From Oculina patagonica (taxonomy: Eukaryota): a stretch of 64,000 bases of DNA. A model generated the notes under the pieces. It saw only the letters and a program-made list of their open reading frames with translations. It made no database searches and was not told the DNA's origin. Both the position numbers and the translations under genes were made by a program. Positions within the stretch are counted from its first letter, which is position 1, and each line of letters opens with the position of its first letter. Shown piece by piece: positions 55,948 to 63,189 of the stretch. The stretch is from positions 14,384,001 to 14,448,000 of the forward strand of contig NC_135763.1 in NCBI RefSeq assembly GCF_052425735.1. The letters run 5' to 3'.

Positions 55948-56019
55948 GCCCCGGTAGTGTAACGGGTATCACTCCTGCCGCTGAGGTAGGCAATCGAGGT
56001 TCGAGTCCTCGCTGGGGAT
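55948..56019 (+). tRNA. tRNA-Gln(CUG)-like Pol III gene inside the Polinton terminal region; atypical anticodon loop
   Basis: Cloverleaf: acceptor GCCCCGG/CTGGGGA, D arm GTG..CAC, anticodon stem CCTGC/GTAGG with loop CG-CTG-AG, T arm CGAGG-TTCGAGT-CCTCG; A box TAGTGTAACGG; B box GGTTCGAGTCC. Confidence 0.8.
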
Positions 56020-56020
56020 A

Positions 56021-56029
56021 TTTTTTTTT
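56021..56029 (+). terminator. Pol III oligo-dT terminator
   Basis: T9 starting 2 nt after the tRNA-like 3' end. Confidence 0.75.
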
Positions 56030-56168
56030 CCTTGTGTCAATGTTCACTAAGCCCTAGTGGCCGCGCACCCTGGGAATGAACGTGTACAAAGTTAGCAAGA
56101 CCACCATCCTATAGATATGGTTCACAAAGTGCCATACTGTCCTTGTGGTATCTGGAACTCAATACTTT

Positions 56169-56323
56169 GCACTAAACGCATGCGCAGATGAGTCTACGCG
56201 ATACACTCACGATTGATAATTAGTTACCTCTCTTGTGAAACCACAAAGGTTGTCTCAGAAAGCGCCATGCCTTCCTTATGGTATGGTTCTTCCTGGCACT
56301 AAACGCATGCGCAGATGAGTCTA
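56169..56323. repeat. Perfect 29-bp direct repeat gcactaaacgcatgcgcagatgagtctac x2
   Basis: Copies start at ~56169 and ~56295; contain NRF1-like cgcatgcgca and AP-1-like tgagtc. Confidence 0.9.
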
Positions 56324-56518
56324 CATTGCTTTTTCTAGGTCGGCGATTCTGAAAAAACGCAGGCTTGTAAAGCTATTTTTTAAAAAATCACGTGAGAGAG
56401 GGGGGAAGGGGTATCCCCCTTTCTCGGGTGTACTGGGAACGAGTACGAGAGTTTTGTTTGTTTGCTCAAGTCGGTGATCGAATGCACATACGACAACATG
56501 TAAACGTTTAACCACGTC

Positions 56519-56524
56519 TTTATT
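56519..56524 (-). terminator. Putative polyadenylation signal AATAAA for the ATPase-to-PLA2 block
   Basis: 13 nt downstream of the last ORF stop. Confidence 0.65.
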
Positions 56525-56537
56525 GTGTTCAACAACA

Positions 56538-56903
56538 TTAAAGTTTCAACTTTTTCTTGGCTTGCATGATTCGTTTGACAATGCGTTCCGTCATGGTTTT
56601 ACTTCCAGGTAATTTGTTGATGGCTTTAATCATTTTCTCGTCGGCTTTCCACTTGTCCCTTAGATTCTTGGCGTGACTGTAATCGATGTCGTGCTGTTTG
56701 GCGATCTTGTCTAATCGATTGATGCCCGGGTCCCCGCGTTTCAATCGCTTTGCCAATTTGGTTCCGGGACCCATGTACTGATAACCGGGCCAGTGAAATT
56801 CGATTCCAGTCTTGCCGAGCCACTTCTGAATGTCGATCCCACGTCCGCGTTGTCGTCGCCGTGTCGTCTTTTTTTCAGTCCTCTTCTTCTTGGTCTTCGT
56901 CAT
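56538..56903 (-). CDS. Parvovirus VP1u-type phospholipase A2 (adintovirus PLA2X-like)
   Basis: PGYQYMGPG Ca-binding loop; LDxxAxxHDIDY catalytic motif; basic leader ending QRGRG. Confidence 0.9.
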   Translation of the reverse strand: MTKTKKKRTEKKTTRRRQRGRGIDIQKWLGKTGIEFHWPGYQYMGPGTKLAKRLKRGDPGINRLDKIAKQHDIDYSHAKNLRDKWKADEKMIKAINKLPGSKTMTERIVKRIMQAKKKLKL

Positions 56904-57474
56904 ACTCCAATTTTCGTCTCAACTTTTTGCCTTTGGCCCAATCTTCCCAACCGGGTAATGGTTTCAGTTTCTCGGCTTCCGTTTTTCGCACAGCTGGCTT
57001 TTTCCTCGTCTTTAGTTTCTCTTCTAAACTCTTGAATCTCTCTGCCAATGTCGGTTTGCCCGCAGGTGCCGTTTTTGCTTTCTTTGTCGCCTTCGGGGTG
57101 ACTGTGGGAGGTGATTTCTTGGCACTCCCTTTTATGAGTTGTTTCAACATGGTCTCCACGGGTCCCGTCACCAAACCTACATTCTCCAACTCCTCCTCCT
57201 CCTCCTCCGCTTCTTCGCCCGGCCGTCTGGCTGTTACTCCTCCCATGGGAAATTGACGTATCCGTTTGGTCAAACGAGCCCGTTCGCGAGCGAGAGGTTT
57301 CACTCGTGCCACGGCGATACCGTCGGGAACGGATTTATCTTTTAACAGCAAGTGACTTTCGGCTGCTATGCGAGCCGCTTTGTTCAACAATGCATTGTCC
57401 GTGATTTCGCCTTTGTAATATTGCACCAAACGATTCAAGTCTTTAGCGGGAACCATCACGACTTCCTCGGTCAT
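56875..57474 (-). CDS. Polinton protein of unknown function, 199 aa
   Basis: Intact ORF overlapping both neighbours; helical N-terminus, acidic run, Lys/Pro/Ala-rich C-terminus. Confidence 0.75.
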   Translation of the reverse strand: MTEEVVMVPAKDLNRLVQYYKGEITDNALLNKAARIAAESHLLLKDKSVPDGIAVARVKPLARERARLTKRIRQFPMGGVTARRPGEEAEEEEEELENVGLVTGPVETMLKQLIKGSAKKSPPTVTPKATKKAKTAPAGKPTLAERFKSLEEKLKTRKKPAVRKTEAEKLKPLPGWEDWAKGKKLRRKLEYDEDQEEED

Positions 57475-57805
57475 CTTTGAAGTATTCTTCCAACAAGCTT
57501 TCGTAACACCCTTGCCAGTAACGAACTTCCTCTTCTAACTTGTCTATGCGCCTTTTCAAGTCGCTTCTCGATGTACACTTGTCGCTACACTCCTTGCACA
57601 GTACTAGGGTCTTTCCTTCCGGAGTCTCTTGCCTCTCTCGAATGCAATCTTCGCACTCTGCGTCGTATTTTAAAGCCAAATAGTCATGATTGACGCGGGC
57701 GTAGGCTTTGTGCCAATGGTCTGCTCTTTTTTCCCACTCTGCTTCTCTGTCCGCCGATTCGCGTAACATTTTCATCATTGTCTGGAGGGTGTTTTGCAGA
57801 GACAT
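57443..57805 (-). CDS. Coiled-coil protein with central CxxC-x15-CxxC
   Basis: CEDC...CKEC between predicted helices; first ATG at 57805 (MSLQ). Confidence 0.7.
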   Translation of the reverse strand: MSLQNTLQTMMKMLRESADREAEWEKRADHWHKAYARVNHDYLALKYDAECEDCIRERQETPEGKTLVLCKECSDKCTSRSDLKRRIDKLEEEVRYWQGCYESLLEEYFKDDRGSRDGSR

Positions 57806-58110
57806 GCTTGGTAGATCTGTTGCAGTCCTTTCCAAAACCCGCTACCCTTCTGTGACAGGAGACCTTCTCGCCTTCTCTTCAACGAGTTTCTGCGCTTACC
57901 CAGTTCGCGCAAGACCTTCTTATATCGTCGCAGCTTGGCGGTGATCGGTGGACTGAGCGGAATGCGGTTCTTGAGCAAATTCAAGACCATCTCACTCACG
58001 GCGTTGATCTGATCGGCGTTGGCGTGCTGTAACATCTCTTCTCGCTTGAACCGATTGGCTTCTTTCAGAATGCTCTCCAAGAATGGACGCTGTCGACGTA
58101 ATCGATTCAT
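57775..58110 (-). CDS. Basic Polinton/adintovirus virion-core-like protein
   Basis: AxxDQINAVSEMVLNLLKNRIPL...LRRYKKVLREL...QKGSGF resembles the conserved Polinton QxG(G)F family; ATGA overlap at the start. Confidence 0.8.
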   Translation of the reverse strand: MNRLRRQRPFLESILKEANRFKREEMLQHANADQINAVSEMVLNLLKNRIPLSPPITAKLRRYKKVLRELGKRRNSLKRRREGLLSQKGSGFWKGLQQIYQACLCKTPSRQ

Positions 58111-58310
58111 ACTTCCCACGGGGCTGGACGTCGGTTGTAACTACCGGTGACGCCCTTTACCCCCATCCTCTTATAGCGTTTGTCCTTTCCCAATTTATAG
58201 CCCAACTTGCCGGCAAACTTGAGTATGTCCAATAAACCCTCTCCTCTCCACACGGGTCCTCTTTTAGGTTGTTTTCGGCTTCTCCTTACTACCTTTCTTC
58301 TTCGCACCAT
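58107..58310 (-). CDS. Small basic protein with amphipathic peptide
   Basis: Arg-rich leader, WRGEG, then LLDILKFAGKLGYKLGK. Confidence 0.75.
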   Translation of the reverse strand: MVRRRKVVRRSRKQPKRGPVWRGEGLLDILKFAGKLGYKLGKDKRYKRMGVKGVTGSYNRRPAPWEV

Positions 58311-58378
58311 CTTGTCACAGAATGCAGTCTGTTGTAACTACCGGTGACGCCCAATGTCCCCATCCTCTTATAGTGTTT

Positions 58379-58585
58379 TTATCTCTTTTTCTTTCGAGTG
58401 GCTGCATCCAAGGCTTTCTTCGCACCCCAACCTGCAGCACCCGATGCAGCACCCAAAGCGATTGCTTTTCCACCCGCGATCAAAGCTGGTATCAAGGCTG
58501 CTAAGGGTAAAATACCACCCTTCTGTCCTATTCTTCTCCTGCCAGCACGTCTCCGCCTTTGCGTCACACGTTTCTTTCTCCTCAT
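58379..58585 (-). CDS. Small basic protein with hydrophobic/amphipathic peptide
   Basis: Arg-rich leader, QKGG, then ILPLAALIPALIAGGKAIALGAASGAAGWGAKKAL. Confidence 0.8.
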   Translation of the reverse strand: MRRKKRVTQRRRRAGRRRIGQKGGILPLAALIPALIAGGKAIALGAASGAAGWGAKKALDAATRKKKR

Positions 58586-58589
58586 GGTC

Positions 58590-58811
58590 CTATCGTCGTC
58601 GCGGTCTACGTCTATAATGATTTACATTATCCATTATCCCTTTAAATCCTTGACTGGCCAATTTACCACCCAACGTGAAGAATGTGGGTGAAGGACCCGA
58701 GAGAAACATGCTGGCCCCCTCGGCTATCTTGTCCACCAAACGATGTTTACGTCTCGCGAGAGCCCCACCTCGCTGCCTCTTTCTTCTGGCCTTACGTTTC
58801 GTTCTTCCCAT
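58590..58811 (-). CDS. Small basic core-like protein
   Basis: Arg-rich leader, QRGG, Arg-rich tail. Confidence 0.75.
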   Translation of the reverse strand: MGRTKRKARRKRQRGGALARRKHRLVDKIAEGASMFLSGPSPTFFTLGGKLASQGFKGIMDNVNHYRRRPRRR

Positions 58812-58829
58812 CCTACCATAACTGTCACT

Positions 58830-59324
58830 TCAGACGGGGGTACCTTCGGATTTATCGTGTTGTCGTTCGTACGCTTGCACGTACTTGTCGGCCACGGGCG
58901 GCGTGAAATCGGTGATCGTGTCATCTAGAGTTTGCATCTTGATCAAGAATCCTTCTAGTTCGTCCATCGGAAGACCGCGCGCGTACGTTCTCAATTCGAT
59001 CAACGTCTTGTCGTAGGTGGTGTAGGCAAAACGACATACGTCCACTTTGAACGAATATTTCTTGAAATCGTTCCAGCCCTTGACGACAGTCCCAGCTGAA
59101 GTTAGGCATGCCACAATAACACTATTTTCCGTAAGGGAACCCGCAATGATACCCGCTGCCACGATGAATAAAGCCAAAGCGTTCAATGAAGCATGACACC
59201 ACTTAAAATGGTAAAACATTTGACGATGACACCACCACTTTTTGTGGTAAAAGGTATACAATCCGTCCAATCTGTGTAACAGGTCTGGATCCAAGTTCGT
59301 CTTTGACCCGTTTAGTAGGGACAT
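58830..59324 (-). CDS. Two-TM membrane protein, 164 aa
   Basis: Hydrophobic hairpin LNALALFIVAAGIIAGSL / SVIVACLTSAGTVV followed by a helical domain. Confidence 0.78.
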   Translation of the reverse strand: MSLLNGSKTNLDPDLLHRLDGLYTFYHKKWWCHRQMFYHFKWCHASLNALALFIVAAGIIAGSLTENSVIVACLTSAGTVVKGWNDFKKYSFKVDVCRFAYTTYDKTLIELRTYARGLPMDELEGFLIKMQTLDDTITDFTPPVADKYVQAYERQHDKSEGTPV

Positions 59325-59326
59325 CT

Positions 59327-59737
59327 TTAATGGCTCACTCTCGTCGAGGTACGACGAACGGTCGGTCGTCCCCCGTCTTTATAGGTCGTAGTGATGGTGT
59401 TTGTCGTGGTGATGCCTGCGATGCGACGTCCAGCCGCCACTTGACGTTGATCGTTGAACAGCATTTGCAATTGACGTTGCAGGTCGTCTTGATTCAATCG
59501 GTGTGGACCACCCGTTAGCGTTCCTTGACCTGCAGGTACGTTGGACCTCGAGGAAGCAGGAGTAGTGGATCTCAAAGTCCCCGTACCCACTGCAGGAGAC
59601 GGTAATTGATCCAAGTACCGTCTAAGGACTATGGGGTCGATTCGATCCAATGTCTGTTCCAATCCCCCTCGGTTGACGTTGACGATCGGAATGGCACTAG
59701 GACTGGTTCCTACTCCTGCTGGCGAATGTCTTGACAT
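59327..59737 (-). CDS. Hypothetical S/T/G-rich viral protein, 136 aa
   Basis: ATG-initiated; tiles between neighbours. Confidence 0.7.
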   Translation of the reverse strand: MSRHSPAGVGTSPSAIPIVNVNRGGLEQTLDRIDPIVLRRYLDQLPSPAVGTGTLRSTTPASSRSNVPAGQGTLTGGPHRLNQDDLQRQLQMLFNDQRQVAAGRRIAGITTTNTITTTYKDGGRPTVRRTSTRVSH

Positions 59738-59949
59738 GTCTTTCTAGCTCTGTCTTCTAATGTCTGGATCAATTCGCTGAAGTAAGTCTTGTTATATTCT
59801 CTCACGAATTTCCACATCTGTCGCTTTTCGGCCAAATGTAACACAGTTTGCATGGCGTCGTAGTCCATGTCCTCTTCTCTCATACGCTCGAAATGACGAC
59901 CGCACAGGTCCAAGAACACGAGCCACACGTGATCGTTACGTACGAACAT
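59710..59949 (-). CDS. Hypothetical viral protein, 79 aa
   Basis: ATG-initiated; overlaps both neighbours. Confidence 0.65.
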   Translation of the reverse strand: MFVRNDHVWLVFLDLCGRHFERMREEDMDYDAMQTVLHLAEKRQMWKFVREYNKTYFSELIQTLEDRARKTCQDIRQQE

Positions 59950-60601
59950 CTCGAACGAATCTGTAACATCTCATGCATCCCTCGTCTTTTAAGAGGTGGC
60001 TAAAAATCCGTCTGTCGTCGCCACTGGCAGGGTGTAGATCCAATACCATGTAACCAAAGGGTCTTTCCGTCGTCTTGGTGTAGACGTCCATCACATCTTG
60101 CCATCGGGAGGGAAACGCTTGTAACAGTAAATTCCTCATGCCCAATTGATCGCGAGGGTTCTTGAAAGCCACGATGTAATGCGCATTTCGAGAAATGCTC
60201 TTGGCGTATTTTCCCGGCGGAAACATGTCTTGACACAAGTACAGAACGGTGATGTTCCTGTGGTGGGAAAGTTTGGTGAACAGATCCAATACTCTCTTGT
60301 CGTTTCCTCCTTCTTCCATCAGATCGTCCAATACCATCACCCCTCCACGGGGAAACCATTTGGTCAAATCTACTTCTTCGGGAATCCCTTCGTGAAATTT
60401 CACGCCTCGCTTTTTCATGTTCGCGAAACCGTCTTGCCAAGCCCCAAAACAATAATGAATGGTCTCAGGGGGTGTACTAAACAACTCTTTTGAGTGATTC
60501 AAAAGTACCGACTCGGTAAAACAAGTCTTTCCGCAGCTAGAGGGGCCCACGATCAAAATGCTAGAGGGCATCCGAAAGCTAAAGGCTTCACCGCGCTCCA
60601 T
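59936..60601 (-). CDS. DNA-packaging ATPase (FtsK-HerA / A32-like)
   Basis: Walker A GPSSCGKT; Walker B VMVLDD; SHHRNITVLYLCQ; ISRNAHY. Start chosen at MERGEAF (60601). Confidence 0.93.
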   Translation of the reverse strand: MERGEAFSFRMPSSILIVGPSSCGKTCFTESVLLNHSKELFSTPPETIHYCFGAWQDGFANMKKRGVKFHEGIPEEVDLTKWFPRGGVMVLDDLMEEGGNDKRVLDLFTKLSHHRNITVLYLCQDMFPPGKYAKSISRNAHYIVAFKNPRDQLGMRNLLLQAFPSRWQDVMDVYTKTTERPFGYMVLDLHPASGDDRRIFSHLLKDEGCMRCYRFVRDVRT

Positions 60602-60713
60602 GGCGAAATGACATTCGTCAAAAAACGAGCAATGATATAAGCATGTTGCAGAAAAAAAGTCTGCAACGAACCTCGAGCGACAGACGACACACACCTTATT
60701 CATTACAACGTTT

Positions 60714-60719
60714 TTTATT
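60714..60719 (-). terminator. Putative polyadenylation signal AATAAA for the capsid/protease block
   Basis: 7 nt downstream of the protease stop. Confidence 0.65.
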
Positions 60720-60726
60720 TGTCATC

Positions 60727-61296
60727 TCACAACAACAAGTGTCTTACACCGCAGAGAGACGGTTCACAATCCTGATGGTATTCCATCTTACAAATTTTGT
60801 GCCACGACCTTTCCTTCGAGATCAATTGCTTCAACATTTGCCCAACTTTATGATCATTGTACACGTAATCATGTTTCTTGAATCTCGCTTCGAACTGACT
60901 CATGCTACGTCCTTCGGCCCTATCGATGAGATACATCAGCGCGTAATCGCCGCAGCTCTGACTGAACAACGATTGTAGACTCTGTCCGTTGCGCTCCACG
61001 TACTTCCAATGAGCGTCCAACCAATCTTGCAACGGTTGCGCCGTCTGGTACACCTTCAGGGGTAAGGCGTAACTGTCCAACACTTCGCACACGTTTCCAT
61101 TCGTCCACAGAGCGATCCAATGCCGACCGCGCATGTAGTGAGGATCGGTGTTGACGATGTACCCGCGGGCTTCCGTCTTGAATGGTTTTCGAGGTAATCG
61201 ATCGCAGGCCACTGTCCCGTAAAAGTAAGGTTTCAACCAAGGGTGATGTCTGGCCAACTGATCCAACTGCACGTTATTCAAAGTCACTTTCTCCAT
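60727..61296 (-). CDS. Adenain-like (clan CE) maturation cysteine protease
   Basis: IVNTDP..GRHW (His), VLDSY (Asp), LQSLFSQSCG (oxyanion Gln, catalytic Cys). Confidence 0.93.
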   Translation of the reverse strand: MEKVTLNNVQLDQLARHHPWLKPYFYGTVACDRLPRKPFKTEARGYIVNTDPHYMRGRHWIALWTNGNVCEVLDSYALPLKVYQTAQPLQDWLDAHWKYVERNGQSLQSLFSQSCGDYALMYLIDRAEGRSMSQFEARFKKHDYVYNDHKVGQMLKQLISKERSWHKICKMEYHQDCEPSLCGVRHLLL

Positions 61297-61298
61297 CA

Positions 61299-62702
61299 CT
61301 AACGCTGGTACACGTCGTACAACACGGCTTTGTTCTTGTCAATCTCCAAGAGATTCTCAAACTCTCCGTACACGATGATGGTCAAGTTCACAGCTGGGTT
61401 GGCTCCAAAGTTCAGCTCTATTAGTAGATTTCCGGCTTGCTTGGGGTTCATCCTGTAACTGTCCACGCATCCGTTGGCCACGTTGTCGAACACGAACAAC
61501 GTGCAATTCTTTCCTTGTCCCAAATCTTCACCTCTCACCATGTTTCCTTGCTGCTTGCACAGGCAACCGGTGGCTTGCAAGAAACGGTGGTACCCTCTGA
61601 GATCTTTGGTGCCATCGTTGTGGACCAACTCTAGCGTCTCGTAAGGATACTCTTCTCCTCCCACGAGTTGTTTTATGCTGCTCATTCCAAACTTCTGAAA
61701 ACAGAAGGGATCGTTGACCACGTTCCCGGTGAAGGCTGTGGACAGTACCATACCCACGATCACGCGGTTGGGAATTCTTCCTTGGAACAAGTTGGTGCAT
61801 TCGTACCGTCGTTGATCTCCCTGCATGTTGAAGGTCCGAATCTCGCTTCTCACGGTCGGGTAACTCACCACTTGACTCTTGGTGGTCATCTCATCCATCA
61901 GTCTCCTGTACGTCGTGGGATTGAGACGCACTTGACACAGGTACATTCGAACTTTGACTTCCTCGGCCGTCAACTTTCCTGCCAGACCCACTCCGTTCAA
62001 GAACACGTCGGGAGAATTGAAGTACATCTGTATTCCTATCTGCACTCTGGGTACCAACAACTTGCTCAGATGAAACACTTCGATGAGGGGTTTGAAACGC
62101 AACACGTGTCGCTTGCCTTCCGTGTAATTGGCTTGTTCTGCTTTAGAGTTCTTGAGAGCCTCCTTGTGATTGGCGGTCAGGGCTACATAGTCTGCGTGTC
62201 CAGCTCCAGCGTTGGCTGCAGTGTTCGTGTTATTGTCCGTCCACGTGGCTGGGAAATCGATATGATTGTACCAGCCTTGAGGTTTCAAGATGGTTTCTCC
62301 ATCACGTCTGTCGTAATTCAGCAACGTTTCCAAGAAGGCTCTGTAATGGTACGTGTCCGTCTGGGGACTGATGAGAGTACCGTTGAGACGCACGCTGATT
62401 TGCTTGAACAGAGAATGGGCTAGATTGTTGACGGGCCACAGCTTGTCGGCAGCTGCCACGTTCTCATCGTTGTCTTTCTTCAGTTGCAATTCTACCTCGA
62501 AGAAGCTACGGCTGAGATCGATGTAATCTTCTTGGGGGTCGATCTGAAACTCCACCGGATTGATGCCTGTGGTGTAGGTCTGAACGGGGACCATCCGATA
62601 CGACGAGACGCTGACGTCTGTCGGTGGTACGGCGAATAGATCCAATCGAGGATTGGCCTCGCGTCTCGACTGCGGGTAGGCGCTCGAGATGGTTTCGGTC
62701 AT
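61299..62702 (-). CDS. Major capsid protein (double jelly-roll, hexon-like), 467 aa
   Basis: LDLFAVPPT N-terminal motif, YIDLSRS, PVNNLAHSLFKQ, YHYRAFLETLLNY, GRIPNRVIVGMV typical of Polinton MCPs; ATG at 62702. Confidence 0.93.
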   Translation of the reverse strand: MTETISSAYPQSRREANPRLDLFAVPPTDVSVSSYRMVPVQTYTTGINPVEFQIDPQEDYIDLSRSFFEVELQLKKDNDENVAAADKLWPVNNLAHSLFKQISVRLNGTLISPQTDTYHYRAFLETLLNYDRRDGETILKPQGWYNHIDFPATWTDNNTNTAANAGAGHADYVALTANHKEALKNSKAEQANYTEGKRHVLRFKPLIEVFHLSKLLVPRVQIGIQMYFNSPDVFLNGVGLAGKLTAEEVKVRMYLCQVRLNPTTYRRLMDEMTTKSQVVSYPTVRSEIRTFNMQGDQRRYECTNLFQGRIPNRVIVGMVLSTAFTGNVVNDPFCFQKFGMSSIKQLVGGEEYPYETLELVHNDGTKDLRGYHRFLQATGCLCKQQGNMVRGEDLGQGKNCTLFVFDNVANGCVDSYRMNPKQAGNLLIELNFGANPAVNLTIIVYGEFENLLEIDKNKAVLYDVYQR

Positions 62703-62935
62703 CGTATTCTCTTCCTTCTTCCACTGCGCTTCCGTAAGGTCTGTATCCAATCGTAGCCAGGAGGCTTTCTGAGCTCGGGACCTATCCACCCGCCCTTTTG
62801 TACTTTTCGTCGTCGCCTCTTTTGTCCCAACAAGGCCTGGTTCAAAAGTGCCAGTGAGAATCCTTCTCCCCGCTGTCTGACGGGGGCGCGTTTGGATCGG
62901 ACCAGTCTGGACGAGCGCGAGTAAACGGGATTCAT
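62699..62935 (-). CDS. Small Arg-rich core-like protein
   Basis: QRGEG and QKGG motifs; ATGA overlaps at both ends. Confidence 0.78.
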   Translation of the reverse strand: MNPVYSRSSRLVRSKRAPVRQRGEGFSLALLNQALLGQKRRRRKVQKGGWIGPELRKPPGYDWIQTLRKRSGRRKRIR

Positions 62936-63189
62936 TTTTCGGCAAAGATGTCGTTCAGTTTTCTCTTGACGTTTCGTTCTATGACGTTTTTCAGTTTGCG
63001 TTTCACGACTCGTTTAGGACCACTCTTGGCTCCTTGACCCGCTTTACGAATGCGGTCCGCGACGCCGCGCCCACTCTTAAATCCTCTCACGGCTCCACCC
63101 AGAGACTCTCTCACGATGTCGGCCAAAAATCCGTTCCCCTCTTGAGGTGGAGGATCCGGTGTGAAACGCGTCAGGGCACCGCCTCTCAT
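62932..63189 (-). CDS. Small basic protein with amphipathic helix
   Basis: MRGG; QEGNG-FLADIVRESLGGAVRGF; ATGA overlaps at both ends. Confidence 0.8.
   Translation of the reverse strand: MRGGALTRFTPDPPPQEGNGFLADIVRESLGGAVRGFKSGRGVADRIRKAGQGAKSGPKRVVKRKLKNVIERNVKRKLNDIFAEK

Noticed and set aside
56169-56323. Hammerhead ribozyme in the 29-bp viral repeat
   Set aside because: CAGATGAG is not CUGANGA, and there is no correctly placed GAAA or stems
60602-60703. Cys-rich N-terminal extension of the ATPase ORF
   Set aside because: Begins ~10 nt after the upstream poly(A) signal; more likely intergenic/promoter sequence, though not excluded
62703-62945. 81-aa N-terminal extension of the 548-aa MCP ORF
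   Set aside because: TTG start and full overlap with the ATGA-coupled small ORF; MCP homology starts after ATG 62702
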